Program-made: the position numbers and the translations under genes
Shown: piece after piece, positions 8,639 to 18,841 of the stretch
Layout of the letters: every line of letters begins with the position of its first letter
Position numbering within the stretch: the stretch's first letter is position 1
From: a virus
Virus record (IMG/VR): IMGVR_UViG_3300021093_000045
Location: 1-64,000 of that record
DNA: 64,000 bases
Reading direction: 5' to 3' (one strand)
Notes under the pieces: generated by a model
Told to the model about the DNA's origin: nothing
Database searches by the model: none
What the model saw: the letters and a program-made list of their open reading frames with translations, nothing else

Positions 8639-8773
8639 ATGAACGAAGAAGAATTGTTAGAATTATATAATCTAATCAAGTATGGATATGAAAATACTGA
8701 TTGGAATTCTGTAAAAGAATCACTAGACTATATCGCTGAATATATTGAAGTGTCAGATGATATAGTTGAATAA
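8639..8773 (+). CDS. small acidic hypothetical protein (44 aa, not in ORF track)
   Basis: MNEEELLELYNLIKYGYENTDWNSVKESLDYIAEYIEVSDDIVE*; ends 4 nt before the next ATG. Confidence 0.65.
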   Translation: MNEEELLELYNLIKYGYENTDWNSVKESLDYIAEYIEVSDDIVE

Positions 8774-8777
8774 ATAA

Positions 8778-9080
8778 ATGTACGTAATTATTATTTTTCT
8801 ATTAATATCACTAGTAACAAACATATTTTTGTTTGTAGCTTTAAAACGCGCATTTTACACAATTGATATTTTGGAGACTTGGTTAATTGACTTTAAAAAA
8901 TCAATTAATAATGTATACAAAAAGTTGAAAAGTATTGATGAACGTGGTATCTTTGAAAAAGATGACGATGTTGGTTTTTTATTTAATGACATCGTTAACA
9001 TAATAAAGATAACTAACCAAAGGATAAATGATGAGTCAGCCACTACAACCGATGTTGATGAAAAAACAAACCAAATCTAA
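8778..9080 (+). CDS. small membrane-anchored hypothetical protein
   Basis: N-terminal TM helix and ID..GIFEKDDDVG segment. Confidence 0.8.
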   Translation: MYVIIIFLLISLVTNIFLFVALKRAFYTIDILETWLIDFKKSINNVYKKLKSIDERGIFEKDDDVGFLFNDIVNIIKITNQRINDESATTTDVDEKTNQI

Positions 9081-10026
9081 AAAGAAACTTGTTAAGATAG
9101 TTAATAAAACAAAGGCATCTAAGGTTTTATTTAAAAATAAAAAGAAACCAAAAATTTCCATTTCTATAATATCAGAGAATGATATTAAAAATAAAAAAAC
9201 ATTGGTAAAAAAAGAAAAGCCTATTAAGAAATCAGAGATTATTGTTCCAAGAACCAATGAACCTATCAAAAAAGATGTGATGATTGAAGAATCAGATGAA
9301 GTAACTTTGGTAGATGAAAATGAACCAAAGAAAAGACGTAGAGGTAGAAATAAGAAAGAAAAGATTTATTTTAGTAAGGCTACAGAAGAAGCTATTATAG
9401 AATACAACGATGAGAAAGATAATAATATTCGAAACAATATATATGAAACTAAGATTAGATATAGTTTTGAAAAATTAGTAGAAAATATATTCAATACATT
9501 TAAGTTTACATATTTTGATAATAGTCCACTAGAAATACAAAAAGAAACTGTTAGTCATTTAGTTTCCAATATACATAAATTTCAAGCCGGTAAAGGTAAA
9601 GCATTTAGTTATTTTAGTATAGTAGCAAAGAATTATCTTATATTTCATAATAATTCTAATTATAAAAGATTTAATCAACACGTAGATATTGCAGAAACTC
9701 CAAGTGAATCATCAGTCTGTTTACAGACAGAGGATGAACATTACAAGAATGTTCAGACAAAAGAACTTATGCGATTATTAGTAGATTATTGGGAAAAAAA
9801 TCTTAAAAAGATATTTAGTAAGGAAAAAGATCTAAATATAGCATACGCAGTCATTGAGTTATTTAGAAACTGTGATAGATTAGAAACATTCAATAAAAAA
9901 ACCTTATATCTCTATATTAGAGAGATTAGCGGATGTAAAACTCAACAGGTTACTAAAGTAATTGATAAGATGAAGAATTATCAAAACACTATAATGCAAA
10001 GTTATCTAAACAAAGGCGTTATTTAA
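9028..10026 (+). CDS. late transcription sigma factor (T4 gp55-like) with Lys-rich N-terminal extension
   Basis: YF....EEAI and IHKF...KGKAFSYFSIVAKNY resemble sigma region 2 of gp55; start uncertain. Confidence 0.75.
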   Translation: MMSQPLQPMLMKKQTKSKKKLVKIVNKTKASKVLFKNKKKPKISISIISENDIKNKKTLVKKEKPIKKSEIIVPRTNEPIKKDVMIEESDEVTLVDENEPKKRRRGRNKKEKIYFSKATEEAIIEYNDEKDNNIRNNIYETKIRYSFEKLVENIFNTFKFTYFDNSPLEIQKETVSHLVSNIHKFQAGKGKAFSYFSIVAKNYLIFHNNSNYKRFNQHVDIAETPSESSVCLQTEDEHYKNVQTKELMRLLVDYWEKNLKKIFSKEKDLNIAYAVIELFRNCDRLETFNKKTLYLYIREISGCKTQQVTKVIDKMKNYQNTIMQSYLNKGVI

Positions 10027-10043
10027 AATTAATTAAATTAACC

Positions 10044-10071
10044 AACCACCTAAGAAATTAGGTGGTTTTTT
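10044..10071 (+). terminator. intrinsic terminator
   Basis: aaccacctaa-gaaa-ttaggtggtt plus T run. Confidence 0.85.
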
Positions 10072-10072
10072 C

Positions 10073-10080
10073 TATTTATA
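10073..10080 (+). promoter_or_regulatory. putative late promoter TATTTATA (representative copy)
   Basis: Motif recurs a few nt upstream of many structural-gene start codons (see findings). Confidence 0.6.
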
Positions 10081-10084
10081 TGAT

Positions 10085-10423
10085 ATGGATCTAAACTTTG
10101 AAATATACAAGGGAAAATCTTTTTCGGGTCTTTGCAAAGATATTGTAAAGAATTCCGAAAGTAAAAAGGACCAAATTGATATATTGGTTTCTGAATTGAG
10201 AACATTAATTAAGACTGTTAACGATGCTGTTATTATTGTACCTCTTATAAAAGACTATTACGATGTTGGTGTAAAGAATGATGAACAACTAGTTAAATTA
10301 GCATCTGTAGTACAAAGATTAGTTGCTAAGACTGAAAATACAGCCGAAGGGTTAAATATGATGATTACAGATGAAGAACGTAAACAATTAATGGATGAAG
10401 TCATAAAAATAGGTAAATCATAA
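10085..10423 (+). CDS. helical hypothetical protein (possible small terminase-like)
   Basis: 112-aa helical ORF at the head of the baseplate operon; function is inferred weakly. Confidence 0.75.
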   Translation: MDLNFEIYKGKSFSGLCKDIVKNSESKKDQIDILVSELRTLIKTVNDAVIIVPLIKDYYDVGVKNDEQLVKLASVVQRLVAKTENTAEGLNMMITDEERKQLMDEVIKIGKS

Positions 10424-10424
10424 T

Positions 10425-12149
10425 ATGAGCAGTTCTACAAATATAGTAAGTATTATTAAAAACCAAAGTCAAGCTCCAAAGTCTTTGGATCCAACTAATA
10501 TCTTATCAGCTAATCCAAACTTGCAAGTTGCGGTGGTGGTAGATATCATATTGGATAAAAATCATCCGTTTCTAGGTAAGAATCAAAACGATCCTAATTC
10601 TTATCCAGCACCTACCATCAAGTACCAACAGATACCAGTAAATTATAATACTGGTATACCAAACCCATCAGATACAGATTTTAGCTATATTGGTAGAGCC
10701 AAAGTTAGAATTTTAAGTTTGGAAAAACAAACCGCAGTTGAAAAGTTGCCATGGGCTATACCACTTGATACTACGATTACACAATATCCTCTGATTAACG
10801 AACAAGTATTGGTGATCAAAATAGGAGATAATTATTTTTACACAAAACCACTAAGTAAGTTTAATTTTGTTGGAACAAATGGTGATTTCGTTACAGAGAA
10901 ATCAGCAAGCGATACATCAAATAGTGCCATACCATATCGTAAACCTCTGGATCCCAAACAAACTTGGGAAAGTTATATATCACATCCCGCATTTACTAAC
11001 TTAAACCAAACAGGATTTTTTGGTAACTACTTTGTTATAAATCCATATATTAGATCTGTTAAAAAATATGAAGGTGATACTGCTATTGAAAGTAGATTTG
11101 GTCAATCAATTAGATTTAGCGCATACGATGAAAATAGATTAATTGATAAAAATATAAGAGACTCTTCATATATTCTTGATAAAAACTTATTGAAGAGATC
11201 AGCCTATGGTGGTTATGGTAATCCAAAAATTACAATTAGAAATAGACAACGAAACATTTCTAAAGATATAGATCAAATTATACATCCAAAATTACCACCC
11301 ATTCCAAAAATAGATGAACAAGAAAAAAATTATGGCGGTCAGATAGAAGAAGATATAAACCACGATGGTAGTACTATACAAATAACAAGCGGTGCTACAC
11401 AATCAATGTGGAGAACAACTGTATACAAAAGTATATTTGGTGTGACCGTAGATTCTTTGCCTACCGAAGAACAGGTAAAATATAATACAACCAATTCTAC
11501 AAAGTTTGTACTACCCACACTTACTGGAGATCAAATAGTCATCAATACAGATCGTTTGGTATTGAGTAGTAGATTCGCAGAAACTTTACATTTTAGTAAA
11601 AAGCGTTATGCGGTTGTTACCGATAATGAATATACTGTTGATGCCAATGATCAGATAGTAATGACCACAAATAGATTAGCATGTTTAAATGCTCCTCAAA
11701 TATTTTTGGGTCAATATGGAGACACTAATGAACCAGCATTATTAGGACAAACCACCGTCGATTGGTTATATGATCTATGTAATTGGCTATTGGACCACGT
11801 ACATTGGTATCATCACGTACATCCACATCCACATGGTCATGAAGATGCCGGTGCTATAAATCAACAAAATACCAATGACTCAAATCCAGATCAAACGCAA
11901 ATACCAGTACAACAAATAACTTTAAAATTATTGAGAGATAATCTACACAAGACCATGAGTAGAAGAGTGTTCGTTACTGGAGGTGGTTATGCACCGGGTA
12001 GTAATGGTGTAAAACCAACAGGCAGTGCTGGTGAGTGCAAAGATCCCGTTGAAATTAATACTGTTACAGGTGATGGAGTTGTTGGTGATTTCAAAGGTAG
12101 AAATCGTCGTGAAGGTCCGGTACAAATAGAATTTGAATTTGAAAATTAA
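10425..12149 (+). CDS. baseplate central spike (gp5/gpV-like)
   Basis: N-terminal OB-like GRAKVR...WA.P...YP..NEQVLV, EGD..IESRFGQSIRF, beta-helix region, C-terminal His-x-His cluster. Confidence 0.7.
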   Translation: MSSSTNIVSIIKNQSQAPKSLDPTNILSANPNLQVAVVVDIILDKNHPFLGKNQNDPNSYPAPTIKYQQIPVNYNTGIPNPSDTDFSYIGRAKVRILSLEKQTAVEKLPWAIPLDTTITQYPLINEQVLVIKIGDNYFYTKPLSKFNFVGTNGDFVTEKSASDTSNSAIPYRKPLDPKQTWESYISHPAFTNLNQTGFFGNYFVINPYIRSVKKYEGDTAIESRFGQSIRFSAYDENRLIDKNIRDSSYILDKNLLKRSAYGGYGNPKITIRNRQRNISKDIDQIIHPKLPPIPKIDEQEKNYGGQIEEDINHDGSTIQITSGATQSMWRTTVYKSIFGVTVDSLPTEEQVKYNTTNSTKFVLPTLTGDQIVINTDRLVLSSRFAETLHFSKKRYAVVTDNEYTVDANDQIVMTTNRLACLNAPQIFLGQYGDTNEPALLGQTTVDWLYDLCNWLLDHVHWYHHVHPHPHGHEDAGAINQQNTNDSNPDQTQIPVQQITLKLLRDNLHKTMSRRVFVTGGGYAPGSNGVKPTGSAGECKDPVEINTVTGDGVVGDFKGRNRREGPVQIEFEFEN

Positions 12150-12154
12150 TCATC

Positions 12155-14014
12155 ATGAGTGAATATTATATATCATACGAACAGAAGGTGCCTTGGAATG
12201 GTAGTGTTTTTAATGCAAATGAATATAGAAAAGCCATTAATGCGTTTTATTCAAAGGTTGATCTTGTAAACCCAAATGTAAAAACTGCCGATGATGCGCC
12301 GATGCCTACTATATCTGTGCGAGATTTATCTCCTGATGCAAAATTTCCAAACGAATTAGGATTTGGATTAACTGGTAAATTTTCCGATACAAAAAAAGAT
12401 GAATTAACCGGTTTACCCAGAGTATTTGTAACATTGAGTGGTGATATAAAAGTCCCAAGACCAACAACTTCGGGAAAAACATTGAGCGTAACAATAGCCT
12501 CAGCAAATAAAAGCTTAGTAGCAGATGGTACAACACCCGCAATTGCTTTTAATAAAGCTTTTAAACAATTAAGAGAATCTATTTTACAAACATTAGCCGA
12601 TCAGATAGGTGGAAGAGGTATTAAGATAGAAAGACAAGATGCGTTCACTGACCCAGAACCAGCACTAGTTGGTCCTCCAACACAAACCATATCTGGTGTG
12701 ACAAATAAAGCTCCTGTCGTTGATAATCCAAATATTAAACTTCCAACACAAGAAGTTAAAGGATTGGATGCAAATGCCGCTCAACAAGCTGCTTCCAAAG
12801 CAACATCACAAGTGCAAAGTTCTGCTACATCCGCAGTTAGTTCTGTAGGCAATCTCACATCTCAAGCACAAAGTGCGGTCAGCCAAGCACAGGGTTCTGT
12901 AGGCAATCTCACATCTCAATCACAAAGTGCGGTCAGCCAAGCACAGGGTTCTGTAGGCAATCTCACATCTCAAGCACAAAGTGCGGTTGGAAATGTACAA
13001 CAAAGTGCCGGTGGTATACTAAACAATTTATCTTCTGGTGTCAAAGGCGCTTTAGGAGGTGGTGCTTTAGGTGCTGGTATCGGTGCATTAGCCGGTGGTG
13101 GTAAGGCTGCTTTAATTGGAGCTGGAGCTGGTGTTTTGGCTGGGGGTATAGCTGGAAGTGTGGTTGATAAACTTAATCCTAAAGGTATAAAAGTAGATGG
13201 TTTGGGTAAGGATTGGTCTCCGGATAAATTTAGTCCTGAATCGATTGCGGGTAATGATAAGATTATTGATGCAAAGACCGGAGTTATTAGTTCCACTTCA
13301 AAACTAGCAAAATCAGTTGGGGGTTTAATTGGTAAAGCTCAAGGTGCTGCCAGTGGTGTATTAGGTGCAGCTGGTAGTGTAGTTGGTGGAGTAACTGGTG
13401 CAGCAGGTAGTGTGGTTGGTGGCGTAACGGGTGCAGCGGGTAGTGTGGTAGGTGGGGTAACCGGTGCAGTTGGCGGTGCATTAAGTAAAATCCCATTAGT
13501 TGGTGGCGTAGCAGGCGGTTTAGTAAGTGGTGTTGGTGGCGCAGCAGGTAGTCTAGTAAGTGGTGTTGGTGGCGCAGCAGGTGGTTTAGTTAGTGGTGTT
13601 GGTGGTGCAGCAGGTAATTTAGTTAGCGGTGTTGGTGGCGCACCAGATGTAGGTTCTATGGGTGGTTTAGTGGGTGGAGCTTTAGCCGGTGCTGGAGTTG
13701 GTGCCGGTATAGGAGGATTAGTGAGTGGAGCAAAAGGTGCTTTAATTGGAGGAGGTGCGGGTGGTGCTTTAGGAGCTGCAGCTGCTAAATTGTCAAGTAT
13801 TAAAAAGAACATGCCTAAACTTAAAATTCCCAAACCACCAAGTACTCCTAGAATTAAAACAATTAAAATACCAAGACCTGATAGTACCAAAGGTGCGGAA
13901 CAACTATTAAATTTATCAAAATCAAAATTGGGAGCTATCAAAACTAATGTAGGTTCACAGATAACCGCTAATATTGATACAAATAAATTGAACTCTTATG
14001 GTGGATTCGGATAA
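12155..14014 (+). CDS. Gly/Ala-rich repeat protein with glycine zippers (tape-measure/membrane-inserting candidate)
   Basis: 18-aa and 11-aa tandem repeats and two GALxGAGxG blocks; located in the baseplate module. Confidence 0.7.
   Translation: MSEYYISYEQKVPWNGSVFNANEYRKAINAFYSKVDLVNPNVKTADDAPMPTISVRDLSPDAKFPNELGFGLTGKFSDTKKDELTGLPRVFVTLSGDIKVPRPTTSGKTLSVTIASANKSLVADGTTPAIAFNKAFKQLRESILQTLADQIGGRGIKIERQDAFTDPEPALVGPPTQTISGVTNKAPVVDNPNIKLPTQEVKGLDANAAQQAASKATSQVQSSATSAVSSVGNLTSQAQSAVSQAQGSVGNLTSQSQSAVSQAQGSVGNLTSQAQSAVGNVQQSAGGILNNLSSGVKGALGGGALGAGIGALAGGGKAALIGAGAGVLAGGIAGSVVDKLNPKGIKVDGLGKDWSPDKFSPESIAGNDKIIDAKTGVISSTSKLAKSVGGLIGKAQGAASGVLGAAGSVVGGVTGAAGSVVGGVTGAAGSVVGGVTGAVGGALSKIPLVGGVAGGLVSGVGGAAGSLVSGVGGAAGGLVSGVGGAAGNLVSGVGGAPDVGSMGGLVGGALAGAGVGAGIGGLVSGAKGALIGGGAGGALGAAAAKLSSIKKNMPKLKIPKPPSTPRIKTIKIPRPDSTKGAEQLLNLSKSKLGAIKTNVGSQITANIDTNKLNSYGGFG
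12841..12988 (+). repeat. 54-bp tandem repeat, about 2.7 copies
   Basis: ttctgtaggcaatctcacatctcaa...gcacaggg at 12841, 12895 and 12949 (SVGNLTSQAQSAVSQAQG). Confidence 0.9.
13340..13642 (+). repeat. 33-bp/11-aa degenerate tandem repeats
   Basis: GAAGSVVGGVT and GAAGxLVSGVG units. Confidence 0.85.
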
Positions 14015-14073
14015 TATTGTGATAAGATAAATTTAGTTAAATATCAAACAATCTAATAATTATATATAATAAT

Positions 14074-14547
14074 ATGAAAACTGATGCTCTTAAAGAAATT
14101 ATACGTAAGATTGTACAACAAGAAGTTAAAGCTGTTCTTAAAAACGAATTGAGAACATGTTTAGCTGAAATTTTGTTGACTCAAGACGGTAAAAAGTCTC
14201 AATTAAAAGAAACTTCATCTACAAAGATGCAAGACTTAATTGAACAAGAACAAGTTGAGGAACAACCAACACCAGTACCTAAGAAATTTGTCAAATACTC
14301 AAATAATGACGTATTAAATCAAGTACTGAACGAAACTACAGGTGGAGTTCCAAGAGAGGGCCAATATGTTGGTTTATCTGAGGGATTTAATCCGATTGGT
14401 GGAAATGTATCTGTAATATCTGATACTGAATCTCCAGTTCAAGTACCTGAAGTTGCTCCAAAAGAGGTAAAATCTGTTTATCAAGCCATGACCAGAGACT
14501 ATTCAAAGTTGATGAAGGCTATAGATAAGAAAAGAAATAAGGCTTAA
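14074..14547 (+). CDS. hypothetical late protein
   Basis: LKEIIRKIVQQEV N-terminus, LNQVLNET, RDYSKLMKAI; immediately upstream of gp25. Confidence 0.8.
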   Translation: MKTDALKEIIRKIVQQEVKAVLKNELRTCLAEILLTQDGKKSQLKETSSTKMQDLIEQEQVEEQPTPVPKKFVKYSNNDVLNQVLNETTGGVPREGQYVGLSEGFNPIGGNVSVISDTESPVQVPEVAPKEVKSVYQAMTRDYSKLMKAIDKKRNKA

Positions 14548-14550
14548 TCC

Positions 14551-14964
14551 ATGGCTAAAAAAGCTCTAGGTTTAAAATTACCGATTACGTTGGGTCAAGA
14601 TGGATATTTTGAAACCAATTCATTGACCTCAGAACAATTATCATCAAATATTCATAATCTTCTATCGACTAAACCCGGCGAGAGAAGATTTAATAATACA
14701 TTTGGATCGAGTTTATATAACTTACTATTCGAAATGAATGTTACGGAGGTTTCCAGAGAAATTGTTGTAGATACTGTACAGCGTGATATTGATAAATTTG
14801 TCAATGGTGTGATTGTCAATGATGTAAAGGTTCAACTTTCTAGTGAACAAAATTACAGAGGATCTATAAATAATGATGAAAATAAAATATTTATAAGCGT
14901 TGTATTTACTTATAATAATGCTACAACACAAACGGATGTAACAATCTCAACCCCTAGAATCTGA
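14551..14964 (+). CDS. baseplate wedge subunit gp25-like
   Basis: NI.NLL.TKPGER.FN.TFGS.L..LLFE signature. Confidence 0.92.
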   Translation: MAKKALGLKLPITLGQDGYFETNSLTSEQLSSNIHNLLSTKPGERRFNNTFGSSLYNLLFEMNVTEVSREIVVDTVQRDIDKFVNGVIVNDVKVQLSSEQNYRGSINNDENKIFISVVFTYNNATTQTDVTISTPRI

Positions 14965-16943
14965 TGTCAGAAATAATTAATAAAACATTTAGAAATAATA
15001 CCAAAGACGTAAATTACGTCAATAGAGATTTCACATCTTTAAAACAACAGCTTATTGAGTTTACAAAACAATATTATCCGCTGTCTTATAGAGATTTCAG
15101 TGAAAGTTCTCCTGGTCAAATTTTTATTGAACAAGCCTCTTATGTTGGTGATGTTTTATCTTATTATACCGATCAACAATTTTTGGAAAGTTTTATTCAA
15201 TTTGCGGTAGATCGTAGAAACATCATAAACCTAGCTAAGTTTTTGGGTTATAAACCAAAAGTTTCTTCCGCATCAACTGCGGATGTTGATATTTTTCAAC
15301 TTATACCATCTATACAAACTCTAGACAATAAGTTTATACCGGATGAAAGATATGCTCTTATATTAAGACCATTTACACAACTTACTAGTTTAAGTGGTAT
15401 AAACTTTATCGTAGAAGAAAGCATAGATTTTACACAAGACACTTTATTTTCACCAAGAGAAATCAGTGTGTTCAATAGAGACGTATCAGGTGCTCCTCAA
15501 TTCTTTTTATTAAAGAAATCAAGCAAGGCTTATTCTGGTACTATCGTTACCAAACAAGTAAGTGTTGACGCTGCTACTCCATTTTTAACTTTGAAATTAG
15601 ATGAAACAAATGTTCTTAAAGTTATAAGTATTGTAGATAGTAATAACAACAATTATTATGAAGTAGACTATTTGGCACAAGATACAATTCCATTAAAAGT
15701 AGATAATGTTCCACTTACTAATCAAACATTGTCTAAGTACAGAGGTGAAACACCAAAAATTTTAAAGTATTTAAGAACCGAAAAAAGATTTGTAACAACT
15801 ATTGATGAAAGTAATTATACATATTTGCAGTTTGGTGCAAATACTGAAAATTTTCAAAATACAATTGTAATTCCTAATCCAACTAACGTTGGTGTTGCTT
15901 TATCAAACTTGAAGAATTTAAACATAAGTTTGGATGGAACAAACGTATTGAAGAGTAATTCGTATGGTGTATCACCATCGAATACAACGTTGACAATAAC
16001 ATATATTATTGGTGGTGGAGTCAATTCAAATGTTAATTCTGGTGATATAAGTAAGATATCATCTACATCATTTCAAAATGATACAACTGGTTTAACAGAT
16101 AGTGAAATTAATCTTCTTAGAAGTGTTCAAAACTCACTAAGAGTCAATAATGAAGAAGCTTCAACTGGTGGTGATGATGCTGAAACCGATGAAGAAATAA
16201 GACAAAATGCTATACTAAACTTTTCAGCACAGAACAGAATGGTAACTCAAGATGATTTCTTATTGAGGATATATGCATTACCGCCGGATTTGGGTAATAT
16301 TGCTAAAGCATATGTACAAAATAATTTAACTCAACAAGTAACTTATAATGGATTGGTATCTGGTTTGACAACAATAGATAATAATTTGAGTTTAAATTTA
16401 AACCCTATTAATCCACTAGATCGTAGAAAATTCTTAGAATCTAATAATCCATTTACAAATAATTTGTATTTGTTGGGTTATGATACAAACAGAAATTTAA
16501 CAGTTGTAAATGCGGCCACTTTGCAAAACTTGGTTACGTATATAAACAACTACAGGATTTTGACTGATAAGATTAACATAATTGATGGATTCATTATAAA
16601 CATAGGTATAGATTTTAAGATTTCAGTATTTCAAGGATTTAATAAACGTGAAGTATTGAATAATTGTATTGAATCCGTTAAATTATTTTTTGATATTGAC
16701 AAATGGAGTTTTAATCAACCAATCAATTTGAGCCAATTAAATTTTGAAATAATGAAGATTGAAGGAGTACAATCTGTAACAGATATCAAAATTAAAAATT
16801 TAACTATTGACGATGGAAATTATTCTCCAGTGGCTTATAATATTAGTATAGCTACGCAAAATAACATAGTATATCCATCGAAAGATCCATCAGTATTCGA
16901 AGTAAAATTTCCAAATTTAGACATTAAAGGATTAGTAGTATAA
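14964..16943 (+). CDS. baseplate wedge subunit gp6-like
   Basis: RDF.SLK..L, DFSE.S.G, YVGDVLSYY, A..LGYKP, GG.D.ET.EEIR, QNRMVT..D. Confidence 0.92.
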   Translation: MSEIINKTFRNNTKDVNYVNRDFTSLKQQLIEFTKQYYPLSYRDFSESSPGQIFIEQASYVGDVLSYYTDQQFLESFIQFAVDRRNIINLAKFLGYKPKVSSASTADVDIFQLIPSIQTLDNKFIPDERYALILRPFTQLTSLSGINFIVEESIDFTQDTLFSPREISVFNRDVSGAPQFFLLKKSSKAYSGTIVTKQVSVDAATPFLTLKLDETNVLKVISIVDSNNNNYYEVDYLAQDTIPLKVDNVPLTNQTLSKYRGETPKILKYLRTEKRFVTTIDESNYTYLQFGANTENFQNTIVIPNPTNVGVALSNLKNLNISLDGTNVLKSNSYGVSPSNTTLTITYIIGGGVNSNVNSGDISKISSTSFQNDTTGLTDSEINLLRSVQNSLRVNNEEASTGGDDAETDEEIRQNAILNFSAQNRMVTQDDFLLRIYALPPDLGNIAKAYVQNNLTQQVTYNGLVSGLTTIDNNLSLNLNPINPLDRRKFLESNNPFTNNLYLLGYDTNRNLTVVNAATLQNLVTYINNYRILTDKINIIDGFIINIGIDFKISVFQGFNKREVLNNCIESVKLFFDIDKWSFNQPINLSQLNFEIMKIEGVQSVTDIKIKNLTIDDGNYSPVAYNISIATQNNIVYPSKDPSVFEVKFPNLDIKGLVV

Positions 16944-16944
16944 T

Positions 16945-18840
16945 ATGCATAAATTTATATATCCAGCAAAAGATACATACATAAACAACTCATCTAAGTA
17001 TGAAAGTAAAAATTTTGGTATAGATGAAACACTAGAAATTTATGCGTCAAATAAAGGTGCTGAGACATTGTTTACCGATATAAATTGGCATACACCACCA
17101 CAAACCACACAATCATATGGTAACGAAGGATGGCTAGCATATACTACATCATCTCTTTATGTATACTCTGGCAGTATGTGGAGAAAATTTGATCTTGTAT
17201 CTGATACAATAGCTAACACGACTTTCATCGCAAATTTTACAGGTAGATTATCAAATGTAACAAGTGTTCCCAGAAAGAGATTATTTGTATCTGGTTCTGC
17301 AGGTTTTTCATCTGGATCATTCAGTGGTAGTTATAACTTTACAAATAATTATTTTTACGCTAGTGGATCTTGGACAACAGGTAGTTTTTCGGGTTCTGTA
17401 AAATCTGGTTCGAAATTTACCAAATTAAATATGGGTCCACGAAACTATATAGTTTCTCCATTGACCGCATCATTAACTGGAACAGGTAGTTTTAAGAATC
17501 TTCAAGGTATTATAAATGGCAGATCAAATACTGGTCTCCCAGTTAAAACAGGTTTTTACAGACCTGTTAGTGCTTTTAGAAGTGGATCCTTTAGTGGAAC
17601 ATTTTCATCATCTCATTTTAATGGATTTATTCAAACCATAACATCATCAACATTATATTATGCAGATGTTGTAAACTTTATTGGTTATTTTGATGGAATG
17701 TACGATGGTACATTTGCAAAACCTTCGACTGCAACGTATCTACTATATCCAGAATTTTCCAGAACTTTGGTTAAATTCGATTTGACACAATTAAGCCAAT
17801 CAATCGCATCGAATCAAATTTCAAGTTCACATATCAAGTTTACATTGAACTTAAAAGCTTGTGGTGCTAGAAATCTTCCACTGGATTATAAAATATATGC
17901 GTATCCACTAAGTGCAAGTTGGGAAAATGGTAATGGTCGTTATGCAGATAATGGTAGTAAAATGGGTGCTAGTTGGGACTATAGAAACTATAGTGGAAGT
18001 GGATTGTGGTTTGGTAATTCAATATCACGCAGTTACGAAAAAATAGATTATTTGTTAACTTCATCATATGCTACTGCAAGTTTTAAAAATCAAGGCGGAA
18101 CTTGGTATTATGATGTGCCACAATCATATAATAACAAATCTAAATGGATATGTAGCTCTTCATTTTTTCCAGGTTTAAGTGGATCTAGCCTGATTGCAAG
18201 TCAATCATTTACATTTGGTGCTCAAAGTGATATAAGTATGGATATCACAACCATGGTAAGATCTTGGTTATGCGGTTGTGTACCTAATAATGGATTAATA
18301 TTGATTACATCATTAGAACTTAGTACACCACCTTTAGATTATACCGATGGATTATTACAATTCTTCAGTAAAGAATCAAATACTATATATTCTCCATACC
18401 TAGACGTAGCATGGGATGATGTAGTATTTAATACAGGTAGTCTAGCTCCATTAACCGGATCCACTGAAAATTTAATCAATATTCAGTATTTAAAACAAGC
18501 ATATAAGGCTGGTAGTATTCCAAAAGTTTTTGTATTTGGTAGGGATAAATATCCACTTAAATCTTTTAGCAAAGCATATCAACAACCTGTTATGGTTACT
18601 CCAAAGTATTTGCCAACATCATCATATTACATGATTAAGGATGCTGAATCGGAAGAAGTACTCATCAATTTTGATAGATATACTAAATTGAGTTGTGATG
18701 CAAATTTAGGCAATTATTTTATAATTGATACTTCAGGATTACCCCAAGAAAGATATTTCAAAATACTTATTAAAGTAGAATATGATGATGGTACCGTCGA
18801 CATAACGGATACTGGCAAAATATTTAAGATTGTAAGATGA
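16945..18840 (+). CDS. virion structural protein (baseplate region), SGS-rich insertion
   Basis: KDTYI...NFG.DE.LEI, SRTLVKFD and W..G.G motifs; position in the baseplate operon. Confidence 0.75.
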   Translation: MHKFIYPAKDTYINNSSKYESKNFGIDETLEIYASNKGAETLFTDINWHTPPQTTQSYGNEGWLAYTTSSLYVYSGSMWRKFDLVSDTIANTTFIANFTGRLSNVTSVPRKRLFVSGSAGFSSGSFSGSYNFTNNYFYASGSWTTGSFSGSVKSGSKFTKLNMGPRNYIVSPLTASLTGTGSFKNLQGIINGRSNTGLPVKTGFYRPVSAFRSGSFSGTFSSSHFNGFIQTITSSTLYYADVVNFIGYFDGMYDGTFAKPSTATYLLYPEFSRTLVKFDLTQLSQSIASNQISSSHIKFTLNLKACGARNLPLDYKIYAYPLSASWENGNGRYADNGSKMGASWDYRNYSGSGLWFGNSISRSYEKIDYLLTSSYATASFKNQGGTWYYDVPQSYNNKSKWICSSSFFPGLSGSSLIASQSFTFGAQSDISMDITTMVRSWLCGCVPNNGLILITSLELSTPPLDYTDGLLQFFSKESNTIYSPYLDVAWDDVVFNTGSLAPLTGSTENLINIQYLKQAYKAGSIPKVFVFGRDKYPLKSFSKAYQQPVMVTPKYLPTSSYYMIKDAESEEVLINFDRYTKLSCDANLGNYFIIDTSGLPQERYFKILIKVEYDDGTVDITDTGKIFKIVR

Positions 18841-18841
18841 T

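Noticed and set aside
12970-13941. Pro/Ala-rich antisense ORFs (108 and 200 aa)
   Set aside because: Mirror of the Gly-rich + strand gene; no independent expression signals.
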